Positions 11,255 through 21,483 of a stretch of DNA of 64,000 nt are shown in pieces. Below the pieces are notes generated by a model. The model was not told the origin of the DNA, searched no databases, and saw only the letters and a list, made by a program, of their open reading frames with translations. This DNA comes from Sulfurimicrobium sp. (GTDB lineage Bacteria > Pseudomonadota > Gammaproteobacteria > Burkholderiales > Sulfuricellaceae). The stretch is taken from assembly GCA_030652035.1 (NCBI GenBank), contig JAUSBJ010000036.1, forward strand, positions 45,880 through 109,879. The letters are read 5' to 3'. Made by a program: the position numbers and the translations under genes. Within the stretch, counting starts at the first letter, position 1. Each line of letters opens with the position of its first letter.

Positions 11255-13123
11255 ATGAAGCTGAAATCCTTAAGCAAGGCGGTTATGGCCGCTCTAGGCG
11301 TGACTATCCTGTCCATTTCCCTGACTGGCTGTGATGACGACAACAGCACCCCGTCGATCAGCGCAGTCGAATTCGTCGAAACCGCCAGCGCACCGACCAG
11401 CGCCGACGACATGAGCAAGACCCTCGCCACCGCCAAGGCCGTGATCACCTACAGCGATGGCAGCAAGAAGGAATACCCCCTGAGTTACAACACCCTGTTC
11501 AGCCTTCAGGACAAGGTCGGCGGCAACGCTTATGCCGCCGGCCAGCTGTTCAATTACACGATGCAACCCCTGATGGACGTCAACGGCCAGCCCATGGTGG
11601 TTGAAACGCCGGACGGCAACAGCCTGCTGAACGTGGATGGCAGCCTCTACCTGGTCACGCATCTGGAATACGACTGGCTGCTCGCCAATGGCACCGAGGC
11701 CACCGGCCGGGCACCCATGGGCATGATCCTGACCGGCCTGAACCAGGCAGCCGATGGCAAGCTTTCCGTGAAGAGCCAGAGGCCTATCGACTTCTCCAGC
11801 GTGGGCGGCACCTGGATCAACTGCGCGGCTTCCCAGACGCCCTGGAATACGCATCTGGGCTCGGAGGAAGACTATGATCTGCAATTCAACCCGCTCAACA
11901 GCAACTACAGCACCACCGTGGCTGGTCTGAAAGCCATGACCGAGCTGTATTTCGACAACAGCAAGAACGCCAATCCTTACAACTATGGCTTCATCCCCGA
12001 AGTGACCGTCAAGAAAGACGGCACTACCGGTGTAGCCAAGCACTACACCATGGGCCGTGGCGCCTGGGAAATGAGCAAGGTCATGGCTGACGGCAAGACG
12101 GCCTACCTCGGCGACGATGGCGCCTATACCATGATGGCGATGTTCGTGGCCGACAAGTCCGGAGACCTGTCCGCCGGTACGCTGTATGCGGCCAAGTGGA
12201 ACCAGACCAGCGACCAGGGCGGCGGCGCAGCCAACCTGAGCTGGTACAAGCTGGGCAAGGCGACCGATGCCGAAATCAAGGCCATCATCGACAGCGGCGT
12301 GGCCTTCAACAGCATCTGGGACGCAAAACTCCCCATCACCGACACCACCGGCGCCAAGTCATGCGATGCCGGTTATACCCGCATCCGTGCCGGCTCTTCC
12401 ACCGACGAGTGCCTGACGCTCAAGCCCGGCATGGAAAAGGCCGCTGCTTTCCTGGAAACCCGCCGCTACGCCGCGTATCTGGGCGCCACCACCGAATTCA
12501 CCAAGATGGAAGCCATCGGCGCCAACGCCCGTGACAAGAAGGCCTACATGGCCATGTCCCGTATCGAGTCCAGCATGAAATCGGAAACAGCCGCACCGTT
12601 TGACCATATCAAGCTGGCAGAAAACAAGGCAGGCGTGACCTACACGCTGGATCTGGCTGGCAGCCAGAAAACGGCCAACGGCGGCGAAGCCATCAATTCC
12701 GACTATGTGGCCAGCAAAATGTACGTGGAAGCCGCCCTGCTGGGCAAGCCGATCAGCACCGACGCCTACGGCAACACGGCTGACGTGAATGCCATCGCCA
12801 ACCCGGACAACGTGTTTTTCTCGGAAAAAATGCGCACCCTGTTCATCGGAGAGGATAGCGGCATGCATGTCAACAACTACGTGTGGGCCTACAACGTGGA
12901 CACCAAAAAACTGACGCGCATCCTGTCTTCTGCCGCAGGTGCCGAAAACACCGGCCTGCAGGTGCTGGACAACCTCAACGGCCACGCCTACATCATGAGC
13001 AACAATCAGCACTGGGGCGACCTGCCAAGCAGCGTACCGGCAGCCCTCAAAACTGACCTGTTGAGCCGGATCAACCGCTTCAACGCCCCTGTTGGCTACA
13101 TCGGCGGCTTGCCGGGAATGTAA
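11255..13123 (+). CDS. PhoX-family (DUF839) alkaline phosphatase-like lipoprotein
   Basis: Lipobox LTGC; NCAASQTPWNTHLGSEE, NPDN and IGED motifs typical of PhoX. Confidence 0.82.
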   Translation: MKLKSLSKAVMAALGVTILSISLTGCDDDNSTPSISAVEFVETASAPTSADDMSKTLATAKAVITYSDGSKKEYPLSYNTLFSLQDKVGGNAYAAGQLFNYTMQPLMDVNGQPMVVETPDGNSLLNVDGSLYLVTHLEYDWLLANGTEATGRAPMGMILTGLNQAADGKLSVKSQRPIDFSSVGGTWINCAASQTPWNTHLGSEEDYDLQFNPLNSNYSTTVAGLKAMTELYFDNSKNANPYNYGFIPEVTVKKDGTTGVAKHYTMGRGAWEMSKVMADGKTAYLGDDGAYTMMAMFVADKSGDLSAGTLYAAKWNQTSDQGGGAANLSWYKLGKATDAEIKAIIDSGVAFNSIWDAKLPITDTTGAKSCDAGYTRIRAGSSTDECLTLKPGMEKAAAFLETRRYAAYLGATTEFTKMEAIGANARDKKAYMAMSRIESSMKSETAAPFDHIKLAENKAGVTYTLDLAGSQKTANGGEAINSDYVASKMYVEAALLGKPISTDAYGNTADVNAIANPDNVFFSEKMRTLFIGEDSGMHVNNYVWAYNVDTKKLTRILSSAAGAENTGLQVLDNLNGHAYIMSNNQHWGDLPSSVPAALKTDLLSRINRFNAPVGYIGGLPGM

Positions 13124-13157
13124 TCCCTCCTTCTGGCAATCGTGCCGGATGATTTGT

Positions 13158-13185
13158 CGGGGAGCCCAGTGCTCCCCGTTTTTTT
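13158..13185 (+). terminator. Intrinsic terminator
   Basis: CGGGGAGC-ccagt-GCTCCCCG-T7. Confidence 0.85.
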
Positions 13186-13277
13186 CACATTACCGTGGCC
13201 GATACACACCAACCGGATAGGTTTGACTGCACCCCGGAAAGTCCATACCATCCCAACTCTTAATTCATCTGTTCGTC

Positions 13278-14099
13278 ATGACCAAGCGCTTGCCACAAAA
13301 ATTTTCCGCTTTCCTGCAGACCCGCTGGCTCACGCTGCTCAGTCTGGGCCTCGTGACGCTGCTGTGCTGGCAACTGGCTCACTGGACATGGCTGTTCCTC
13401 GCCCCCACACCCGCCAAGCCGGTCGCCGCAGCACCCGCCACATCCGACGCGGCGCGCCTGCTGGAGACGATTCGCGCCGGGCATCTGTTCGGCACCGCCA
13501 GTCAGGCCGGCAATCTCGCCGCGGCACAGGCCACTACCTCCCTCAATCTCAAGCTGAGCGGTGTATTTGCGGCAAGCGGCAAGCTGCCTGCCGTGGCGAT
13601 CATCGACGTTGAAAACAAGGGCGATCTGCCCTTCGTGAACGGCGACGGCATCCTGCCGGGTGTAACGCTGGAACAGGTCAGACCCGATCATGTCGTGCTC
13701 AACCGTGGTGGCGTGAGGGAAAAACTGCTGCTGGAGCAAAAAGGGGCGCCGCTGCCGCTTCAGGAAAAAGCTTCAGAACTGAACGTGCGCCAGGAAGGAA
13801 AGGGCCGATTCGGCGTTTCCCGTAGCGAGTTGAACCAGGCGCTGTCAGACCCCGCCCAGCTTGCCGGCGCCGGCCGGGTCAAGGCGCTGGCGGGGCAGGG
13901 CTTGCGTATCGAGGAAGCGAACGCGGGGGGACTGATGAACCGGCTCGGGCTGCAGGGCGGCGACATCATCCGCCAGATCAACAACAAGCCTGTCGATAGG
14001 GCAGCAGATCTCATCAACGCCTACCAGGCAAGCAACAGCATCAGCGTGAAAGGCATCCGCAACGGCGTGCCGTTCGAATACAATTACACCGTACGCTAA
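13278..14099 (+). CDS. gspC: Type II secretion protein C (TM, HR and PDZ-like domains)
   Basis: TM helix, LNLKLSGV HR region, GLQGGDIIRQIN PDZ-like motif; precedes the secretin. Confidence 0.82.
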   Translation: MTKRLPQKFSAFLQTRWLTLLSLGLVTLLCWQLAHWTWLFLAPTPAKPVAAAPATSDAARLLETIRAGHLFGTASQAGNLAAAQATTSLNLKLSGVFAASGKLPAVAIIDVENKGDLPFVNGDGILPGVTLEQVRPDHVVLNRGGVREKLLLEQKGAPLPLQEKASELNVRQEGKGRFGVSRSELNQALSDPAQLAGAGRVKALAGQGLRIEEANAGGLMNRLGLQGGDIIRQINNKPVDRAADLINAYQASNSISVKGIRNGVPFEYNYTVR

Positions 14100-14113
14100 A
14101 AAACCGGATAGAT

Positions 14114-16183
14114 ATGACTTTATTAAACCGCTCATCATGGCATCTCCTCTGCCTGCTGCTATGTTCCTTGTGGACTGGCGCGCTACACGCGGAAGAGGAA
14201 ACCGTGACGCTGAATTTCGTCAATGCCGATATCGAGTCTGTCGTCAAGGCGGTAGGCATGATTTCCAACCGGAATTTCATTCTCGATCCGCGCGTCAAAG
14301 GCACGGTCAATATCGTTTCCTCCAAACCGGTGGCACGCGGCATGACCTACCAGATTCTGCTCTCCGCCCTTCGTCTGCAGGGGTTTGCCGCCATCGAGGC
14401 CGGCGGCGTAACCAAGATCGTGCCGGAACCCGATGCCAAGCAGAATTTCAGCGTCACCGGCGGCAAGGATATCAAAGCCTCCGGCGACCGGATCGTGACC
14501 CAGGTCTACCCCTTGCAGAACGAATCTGCCGTCCAGCTGGTGCCCATACTGCGGCCGCTGATCACGCCCAATAACAGCATTTCGGCCTACGCCGGCACCA
14601 ATACCCTGGTGATCACCGACTACGCCGACAACATCAAGCGCATCAACAAGATCATCGAGGCGATCGACCTGCCGAATTACGGCGAGGTCGCGGTCATCAA
14701 GCTGCAATATGTTTCCGCACTGGACCTGGCGCAAACGCTGAACCGCCTGTTGGGGGAAGGCACCAACATACAGCAGCCCGGTGGCGCGCCCCAGGCTACC
14801 ACAGGGGGTGATTCCGGCAATAAATTCATAGTACTGCCGGACATTCGTTCCAACAGTCTTTTGATCCGCTCCGACAGCCCCGCCCGCATCGCGCGCGCGC
14901 GCGGCCTGGCGATGCAACTGGACGTAGCCGGCAGCCAGATGGGCAACATCAACGTGGTCTATCTACGTAATGCTGAAGCGACAAAACTGGCTGAAACCCT
15001 GCGCGCGATTCTTTCCGGCGATAACAAACTCGCCTCGGCATCAAGCAGCCAGACCATGCCTGGCCAGCCCGGCCAGCCCGTTGCAAACATCGCCACAAAC
15101 CCCTCTACGACCAGCAGCGGCTCAAGCATCCAGGCCGACGCCCAAACCAACTCGCTGATCATCACCGCGCCGGACAATGTTTACAACACGCTACGCGCGG
15201 TGATCGACAAGCTCGACGCGCGGCGTGCGCAGGTTTTTGTCGAAGCGCTGATCGTCGAGGTCACGACCGACAAGGCAGCCGAGTTCGGCATCCAGTGGCA
15301 ATCGCCGCTGGGCTCCAGCGGCATTAACAATGCAGTCGTTGCGGGCACCAACTTTGGCACGGGTGGCAACAATATTATTGGCTTGGCTGCCTCAGCGGCA
15401 GCTGGCAACCCCCTGACGCCCGGCACCGGTTTCAATCTCGGGCTGCTGCAGCGACTCACCATCGGCGGCCAGGAAGTGACCGGCCTGACCGCACTGGCAA
15501 GGATGCTGGAATCCGACGCCAATGCCAACATTCTCTCCACCCCCAACCTGCTCACGCTGGACAATGAAGAAGCCAAGATCATCATCGGCAAGAATGTGCC
15601 CTTCATCACCGGCAGCTACGCCCAATCCACCGGTACGACCACGGGCGCCACGGTCACCCCCTTCCAGACCATCGAACGCAGGGATGTCGGCCTGACGCTG
15701 AAAGTCAAACCCCAGGTGGCGGAAGGCGGCACAGTGAAAATGCAGATTTACCAGGAGGCCTCCAGCATCCAGGACACCACCAATGCCGCCGGCGTCATTA
15801 CCAACAAGCGCTCCATCGAATCCACGGTGCTGGTCGACGATGGACAGATCATCGTCCTGGGCGGCCTGATTCAGGACGACGTGCGCGACGGCCTGGACAA
15901 GGTGCCCGGCCTGGGCGACATCCCCTTTCTCGGCAGCCTGTTCAAGTATGAAACACGCAAGCATGTCAAAACCAACCTCATGGTTTTCCTGCGTCCGCGC
16001 GTGTTGCGCAATGCCACTGCGGCGGCGACCTTGACCGGAGATCGCTACGACTACATCCGCAACGAGCAGTCGCTCTCGGCCACCGGATCGCATCTGTTCC
16101 TGCCCAATACGCCGCCGCCGCTGCTGCCGAAACTGAAGCCACAGCCGGTGCCCGCAGATGCAGAAAAACCAGCCGGGCCATAG
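14114..16183 (+). CDS. gspD: Type II secretion secretin D
   Basis: [46 protein letters not shown]. Confidence 0.96.
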   Translation: MTLLNRSSWHLLCLLLCSLWTGALHAEEETVTLNFVNADIESVVKAVGMISNRNFILDPRVKGTVNIVSSKPVARGMTYQILLSALRLQGFAAIEAGGVTKIVPEPDAKQNFSVTGGKDIKASGDRIVTQVYPLQNESAVQLVPILRPLITPNNSISAYAGTNTLVITDYADNIKRINKIIEAIDLPNYGEVAVIKLQYVSALDLAQTLNRLLGEGTNIQQPGGAPQATTGGDSGNKFIVLPDIRSNSLLIRSDSPARIARARGLAMQLDVAGSQMGNINVVYLRNAEATKLAETLRAILSGDNKLASASSSQTMPGQPGQPVANIATNPSTTSSGSSIQADAQTNSLIITAPDNVYNTLRAVIDKLDARRAQVFVEALIVEVTTDKAAEFGIQWQSPLGSSGINNAVVAGTNFGTGGNNIIGLAASAAAGNPLTPGTGFNLGLLQRLTIGGQEVTGLTALARMLESDANANILSTPNLLTLDNEEAKIIIGKNVPFITGSYAQSTGTTTGATVTPFQTIERRDVGLTLKVKPQVAEGGTVKMQIYQEASSIQDTTNAAGVITNKRSIESTVLVDDGQIIVLGGLIQDDVRDGLDKVPGLGDIPFLGSLFKYETRKHVKTNLMVFLRPRVLRNATAAATLTGDRYDYIRNEQSLSATGSHLFLPNTPPPLLPKLKPQPVPADAEKPAGP

Positions 16184-16187
16184 CCGC

Positions 16188-17708
16188 ATGACGCTCTCTG
16201 CCGGCGAGAACCTCCCCCCGCATCCCGATCCACACTGGGCCCGGCTGCTGCCTTACCACATCGCCAAGAGCCGCGGCATCATCGTGACCCGGCAGAACGA
16301 TAACGGCTTCGAAGTGGTGGTGCGCGAAGGCACACCGCCCCTCAACCTGGCCGAGGCGCGCCGGGTGCTTGGCGCACCGCTGCAACCCCGGCTCCTCGGC
16401 CCGGCCGAATTCGAGCATTGCCTGGGACAAGCCTACGCCCGCAGCGACAACCAGGCCGCGCAACTCATGGACGATCTTTCCCAGGATGTGGATCTGCAGC
16501 AACTGGTGCAGGACATGCCCGTCGTCGCCGACCTGCTCGAAATGGAAGACGACGCGCCCATCATCCGCCTGATCAATGCCGTGCTCACCCAGGCTTTGCG
16601 CGAAGGCGCTTCGGACATCCATATCGAAGCCTTTGAAACGCGCTCGGTGATCCGCTTCCGCGTCGACGGCATCCTGCGCGACATGCTCGAACCGCAGCGT
16701 AGCCTGCACGCCGCCATCGTGTCGCGCATCAAGATCATGGCCAGTCTCGATATCGCCGAAAAACGCCTGCCCCAGGATGGCCGCATCACCCTGCGCATCG
16801 GTAGCCGCCCAGTGGATGTGCGCGTCTCCACCCTGCCCTCCGCCCACGGAGAACGCGTGGTGCTGCGCCTCCTGGACAAGCAGGCGGGGCGCCTGGAACT
16901 GGGAAAACTGGGCATGCACGCGGACACGTTGCGGGAGCTGGACCGGCTCATCCACCAGCCGCACGGCATCGTCCTTGTCACTGGCCCGACCGGGTCGGGC
17001 AAGACCACGACACTTTACGCTGCGCTGTCGCAGCTCGACACCAAACTGCTCAACATCATGACGGTAGAAGACCCCATCGAGTACGATCTCGACGGCGTCG
17101 CCCAGACCCAGGTCAACCCGCGCATCGAGATGACCTTTGCCCGGGCGCTGCGCTCCATCCTGCGCCAGGACCCGGACATTGTCATGATCGGCGAAATCCG
17201 CGACCTGGAAACGGCGCAAATCGCGGTGCAGGCGTCCCTCACCGGGCACCTGGTGCTGGCCACCCTGCACACCAACGATGCGCCCAGCGCAGTCACCCGC
17301 CTCATCGACATGGGTGTCGAGCCCTATCTGCTGGCTTCGAGCATGCTGGGGATCGTGGCCCAGCGGCTGGTCCGCCGCCTGTGCCCGGAATGCCGCAAGC
17401 CTTACGAACCCGGTGCTGGCGAAGTGGAAAAGCTGAAGCTGACCACGCTTCCTGCCGATGCCCGGTTTTATGCCGCGCAAGGCTGTCCGGCCTGCAACTA
17501 CAGCGGCTACCAGGGACGCAGCGGCATTTATGAACTGCTGAGCATCGACGAACCCCTGCGCCACATGGTCCACGACGGCAGCACCGAGCAGGCGATGCGG
17601 GAATATGCCCAGAACCACGGCATGGTCAACCTGCGCCAGGACAGCGCGCGCTATGTGCTCAGCGGCCAAAGCAGCGTGGAAGAAGTGCTGCGGGTGACGA
17701 AGGATTGA
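16188..17708 (+). CDS. gspE: Type II secretion ATPase E
   Basis: ASDIHIE, Walker [15 protein letters not shown], tetra-Cys motif; alternative start at 16158. Confidence 0.96.
   Translation: MTLSAGENLPPHPDPHWARLLPYHIAKSRGIIVTRQNDNGFEVVVREGTPPLNLAEARRVLGAPLQPRLLGPAEFEHCLGQAYARSDNQAAQLMDDLSQDVDLQQLVQDMPVVADLLEMEDDAPIIRLINAVLTQALREGASDIHIEAFETRSVIRFRVDGILRDMLEPQRSLHAAIVSRIKIMASLDIAEKRLPQDGRITLRIGSRPVDVRVSTLPSAHGERVVLRLLDKQAGRLELGKLGMHADTLRELDRLIHQPHGIVLVTGPTGSGKTTTLYAALSQLDTKLLNIMTVEDPIEYDLDGVAQTQVNPRIEMTFARALRSILRQDPDIVMIGEIRDLETAQIAVQASLTGHLVLATLHTNDAPSAVTRLIDMGVEPYLLASSMLGIVAQRLVRRLCPECRKPYEPGAGEVEKLKLTTLPADARFYAAQGCPACNYSGYQGRSGIYELLSIDEPLRHMVHDGSTEQAMREYAQNHGMVNLRQDSARYVLSGQSSVEEVLRVTKD
17693..17708 (+). 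repeat. Direct repeat copy 1: last 16 bp of gspE
   Basis: GGTGACGAAGGATTGA, 15/16 identical to 18556-18571. Confidence 0.75.
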
Positions 17709-17742
17709 TGAAAGGCCAAGCGTTGACCACCAATTTCCATAA

Positions 17743-17764
17743 GATCATAATGATCATTATGATC
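17743..17764. promoter_or_regulatory. Palindromic operator of the TA operon
   Basis: Perfect 22-bp palindrome GATCATAATGATCATTATGATC just before the antitoxin RBS. Confidence 0.75.
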
Positions 17765-17781
17765 ATAACAAGGAGAGCACA

Positions 17782-18075
17782 ATGATCACCGAGACCAGCG
17801 CGGTCAGTTTCAGGCAGAATCTGGGCGAGATGCTCAATCAGGTGCAATATCGCCACGACAGCGTGGTGATCAACAAGGACGGCAAACCCGTGGCCGCTCT
17901 GGTCGACGCCAGGTTGTTCGAGCGCATCCGCCGCATGCAGGGCCGCTTCGACGCACTATGCCAACGCATCGAGGCTGGCTTTGCCGAAGTGCCAGAAGCG
18001 GAAGGGCTGGCTGAAATCGATGCGGCCGTTGCAATTGAACGGGCGCAGACGCGCGTGTCGGCCAGGAAACGCTGA
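17782..18075 (+). CDS. Phd/YefM-family antitoxin
   Basis: FRQNLGEML.QV...VVI.K.GKPVAALV; 97 aa; upstream of a PIN toxin. Confidence 0.88.
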   Translation: MITETSAVSFRQNLGEMLNQVQYRHDSVVINKDGKPVAALVDARLFERIRRMQGRFDALCQRIEAGFAEVPEAEGLAEIDAAVAIERAQTRVSARKR

Positions 18076-18081
18076 GCCGCC

Positions 18082-18513
18082 TTGGCTACTCTGCGGGTAG
18101 TACTCGATACCAATGTGCTGCTCTCTGGCATCGCTTATCCGGCCAGTGTGCCGGGCAAAATATTGGCGGCTTGGCGCCACGGCTCGGTGGATGTGCTGCT
18201 TTCGGCCTACATCCTGGACGAATTGCAACGCGTGCTGCCACGATTGGCACACCGCCATGCTTTGACAGCGGCGGAAATAGACGATTTGGTGGATGCACTT
18301 TCCATACAGGCTGAAATCATCGAGCCGCTGCCGGGCGTGGAACCGGACTTGCGCGATGTCGATGACCTGCCTGTGCTGGGCACTTTGCTAGCGGCAATCA
18401 AGACCTCTGGCGCGGATTACCTCATCACCGGCGACAAGGACTTGCTGGCGATGGCTGAACGCTACCCCATCGTGACTCCCGCGAAGTTTTGGGCGACACA
18501 TGCAGGACTTTGA
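18082..18513 (+). CDS. PIN-domain toxin
   Basis: RVVLDTNVLLSG, RD.DD, YLITGDKDLL; TTG start. Confidence 0.9.
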   Translation: MATLRVVLDTNVLLSGIAYPASVPGKILAAWRHGSVDVLLSAYILDELQRVLPRLAHRHALTAAEIDDLVDALSIQAEIIEPLPGVEPDLRDVDDLPVLGTLLAAIKTSGADYLITGDKDLLAMAERYPIVTPAKFWATHAGL

Positions 18514-18555
18514 GCGCGTCGCCAGCGGCGAGACTGAGCAGGAAGGGGCGTCGCT

Positions 18556-18571
18556 GGTGACCAAGGATTGA
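18556..18571 (+). repeat. Direct repeat copy 2 of the gspE tail
   Basis: GGTGACCAAGGATTGA (V-T-K-D-stop; ACC versus ACG is synonymous). Confidence 0.75.
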
Positions 18572-18740
18572 ACGAGCCGCGTTTAGCCTTGAACCGGCAC
18601 GCAGTACTTGTAAAATTCGAATGAAAACGTTGCCGAGAAACGAGATGAATCATGTTCCAAACCGTATCCCCACCTAGCGCAATGTGCCTTGCTTATTGCA
18701 CCCGCATCTGAAAACTCCGCAGATGGCTGATATCTGAAAA

Positions 18741-19961
18741 ATGTCCGGTTATAAATTCGAAGCCCTCGACCCGGCAGGCCGCATCTGCAAGGGTGTGCTG
18801 GAAGCCGACAACGAGCGTCAGGCACGGCAAAACCTGCGTGAGCAGAACATGGTCGCGCTGCAGGTCGAAGCCATGCTGGAAACAACGGGCAGCCCGTCCG
18901 GCAAAAAGAAATCCGGCTGGCGCCGCGGCCTGTCTTCCGCCCAGTTATCCCTGCTCACGCGCCAGTTGGCGAACCTGATCGGCGCAGGCCTGACCATAGA
19001 AGAAACACTCAACGCCCTGATCGAACAGGCCGAGAACGAGCGTACACGCCAGATCCTGGCAGGCATTCGCGGCCAAGTGCTGGCCGGACAGGCCTTGTCC
19101 AGCGCCATGGAGAGCTATCCTCATGTCTTCCCGGCGGTCTATCTTTCCCTGGTGCGTGCCGGCGAGCAATCGGGACAACTCAACATGGTGTTGCAGCGCC
19201 TTGCGGATTACATCGAAGAGCGCCACGCCATGCGGCAGAAAATCATTCTTGCCTTCATCTACCCGGCGGTGATCACGTTCGTCGCCGTGCTGGTGGTCGG
19301 CGGCCTGCTGACCTATGTCGTGCCACAGGTGGTCGCGGTCTTCCGCGACAGCCACCAAACCCTGCCCTGGCTGACCCGCGCGCTGATCGGATTAAGCGAT
19401 TTCCTGCGTGCCACCGGCGTCTACTGGCTGGCCGGACTGCTCGCCGCAGCCTGGGCAGCACGCCGGGCGCTGCATAACGAGGTGCTCAAGTTCCGCTTTC
19501 ATCTCTTCCTGTTACGCATTCCCATGCTGGGGCGCTTTGTGCGCGATACCAATGCAGCGCGGCTGGCCAGCACGCTAGCCATCCTGGCCAACAGCGGCGT
19601 TCCGCTACTGACCGCACTACAGGCCGGAGCAGGCGTGGTTGCGCACCTCCCGCTACGGCGCGCAGTGGAAGACGCCGCGCGCATGGTGCGGGAAGGCACA
19701 TCGCTCAGCCGCGCGCTCGGTCATGGCAAGTTGTTTCCCCCCGCCATGATCCACCTCATCGCCAGCGGCGAAGCGGGCGGCAAGCTGGGGCAGATGCTCG
19801 ACCAGTCAGCCCGCCAGCAAAGCCAGATGATGCAGCAGCGACTGGCGGTCCTGACCGGGCTGCTCGAGCCTTTGCTGATCCTGGCCATGGGCGGCGTGGT
19901 GCTGGTAATCGTGCTAGCGATTTTGCTGCCGATTTTTGAAATGAATCAGTTAATCCATTAA
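18741..19961 (+). CDS. gspF: Type II secretion inner membrane protein F
   Basis: TRQLA.LI.AGL, AGE.SG.L, YP motif, SGE..G.L, EP and three TM segments. Confidence 0.95.
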   Translation: MSGYKFEALDPAGRICKGVLEADNERQARQNLREQNMVALQVEAMLETTGSPSGKKKSGWRRGLSSAQLSLLTRQLANLIGAGLTIEETLNALIEQAENERTRQILAGIRGQVLAGQALSSAMESYPHVFPAVYLSLVRAGEQSGQLNMVLQRLADYIEERHAMRQKIILAFIYPAVITFVAVLVVGGLLTYVVPQVVAVFRDSHQTLPWLTRALIGLSDFLRATGVYWLAGLLAAAWAARRALHNEVLKFRFHLFLLRIPMLGRFVRDTNAARLASTLAILANSGVPLLTALQAGAGVVAHLPLRRAVEDAARMVREGTSLSRALGHGKLFPPAMIHLIASGEAGGKLGQMLDQSARQQSQMMQQRLAVLTGLLEPLLILAMGGVVLVIVLAILLPIFEMNQLIH

Positions 19962-19973
19962 GTGAAGCAGCAT

Positions 19974-20050
19974 AACTGCAAAGGACGCGAAGGAACGCAA
20001 AGGAATTTTCTGATTTTACTTTGCGTTACCTTGCGTCCCTTGCGGTGAAA
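19974..20050. repeat. Palindromic element with 9/10-bp periodic arms, copy 1
   Basis: aactGCAAAGGacGCGAAGGaacGCAAAGG ... CTTTGCGttaCCTTGCGtcCCTTGCGGTGAAA; related to 27659-27793. Confidence 0.8.
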
Positions 20051-20063
20051 AGGAGAAATAAGC

Positions 20064-20483
20064 ATGAAACAACGCGGTTTTACCCTGATCGAAATCATGG
20101 TGGTGATCGTCATTCTTGGCATTCTCGCCGCCCTGGTGGTGCCCAAAGTCATGAGCCGCCCGGACGAAGCGCGTATCGTCGCCGCCAAGCAGGACATCGC
20201 TTCACTATCGCAGGCGTTGAAGCTCTACAAGCTGGATAATCGCACCTATCCCAGCACCGATCAGGGCCTGATCGCCCTGGTGCAAAAACCCACCACCGCT
20301 CCGATTCCGCCCAACTGGAAAGCCGGAGGCTATGTCGACCGCCTGCCCAAAGACCCGTGGGGCCAGAATTACCAGTACCTGCAGCCTGGCGTGCGAGGCG
20401 AAATCGATGTCTTCAGCCTGGGCGCAGACGGAGCACCCGGCGGGGAAGGCAATGATGCCGATATCGGGTCATGGATGCTGTGA
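20064..20483 (+). CDS. gspG: Major pseudopilin G
   Basis: GFTLIEIMVV, YKLDN..YP, PKDPWG..YQY..PG, DIGSW. Confidence 0.97.
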   Translation: MKQRGFTLIEIMVVIVILGILAALVVPKVMSRPDEARIVAAKQDIASLSQALKLYKLDNRTYPSTDQGLIALVQKPTTAPIPPNWKAGGYVDRLPKDPWGQNYQYLQPGVRGEIDVFSLGADGAPGGEGNDADIGSWML

Positions 20484-21007
20484 AACATGGGCCGGTGAGG
20501 GGTGAATCCGGTTTCACCCTGATCGAAATGCTGGTGGTGCTGGTCATCATCGGCATTGTGGTGGCGATGATCGGCGTCAATCTTGCGCCCGACCCGCGCC
20601 AAGCGCTTGAAACCGAGGCACAGCGGCTGGCCCTGCTGCTGCAACAGGCGCGTGACGAGGCGATGACCAGCGGCACGCGGATTGCCTTCAGCGCGGAAAA
20701 GCAGGAATACCGCTTCTGGCAAGCGCCCTCCAGATCGACGGAAAAACCGGGCGATGCTGCCAAGACATGGCAAGCACACCCTGACCGGGAACTCTACAAA
20801 CCGCGCAGTCTGGCGGGCTCCATCAGGGTCGATGAAATGCGCATCAACCAGCAGCCGGTCGACATGCACCTGCAAAAAATCGTTTTCACGCCATCCGGCA
20901 TGACGCTGCCGTTTCGCGTCACCCTCTCCGATGGAGTGCTGCGCGTGGCCATCAGCGGCAATGCCATCGGGGAAATCGAAGTGGACAAAGGGCCTCCCGG
21001 TTCATGA
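20471..21007 (+). CDS. gspH: Minor pseudopilin H
   Basis: GFTLIEML prepilin motif and position in the operon. Confidence 0.88.
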   Translation: MDAVKHGPVRGESGFTLIEMLVVLVIIGIVVAMIGVNLAPDPRQALETEAQRLALLLQQARDEAMTSGTRIAFSAEKQEYRFWQAPSRSTEKPGDAAKTWQAHPDRELYKPRSLAGSIRVDEMRINQQPVDMHLQKIVFTPSGMTLPFRVTLSDGVLRVAISGNAIGEIEVDKGPPGS

Positions 21008-21381
21008 AAACACGCGGCTTCACCCTGATCGAGGTACTGGTGGCGCTGGCCATCCTGGCCATCGCCCTGGCCGCTGCTGCGCGCGCTTCCGGCATGTCGA
21101 TTTCCACCAGCGACCGCCTCAAACAGCGCCTGCTGGCCAGTTGGACCGCGCAGAATCGCCTCGCCGAACACACCGCGCGTCATGCCTGGCCGGATATCGG
21201 CTCGCGCTCCGGAGAAGTGGAACAAGGGGGCATCCCCATGCGCTGGGAAGAAAATGTCAGCGCCACGCCCAACACCCTGTTCCGGCGCATCGAAATCGTG
21301 ATTTCACCCGTTGCTGAGCCGCAATACCAGGCTGCCCGCCTGTCAGGCTACCTCGCCGCTCCGCAGGGAGCGGCGCAGTGA
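21004..21381 (+). CDS. gspI: Minor pseudopilin I
   Basis: GFTLIEVLVALAI, A.W.A.N.L motif. Confidence 0.92.
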   Translation: MKTRGFTLIEVLVALAILAIALAAAARASGMSISTSDRLKQRLLASWTAQNRLAEHTARHAWPDIGSRSGEVEQGGIPMRWEENVSATPNTLFRRIEIVISPVAEPQYQAARLSGYLAAPQGAAQ

Positions 21382-21483
21382 TGGGCAATGGGTCATGGGA
21401 CATGGGTGGAAAACCTGAGGGGCAAGCTCGCCGGCGCCCAGTTTCTGGTTTTACCCATCACCCATCACCCATCACCCATCACC
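21378..21483. repeat. Heptamer-repeat hairpin element
   Basis: (GTGATGG-like)x4, a short inner stem, then (ACCCATC)x4. Confidence 0.85.
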
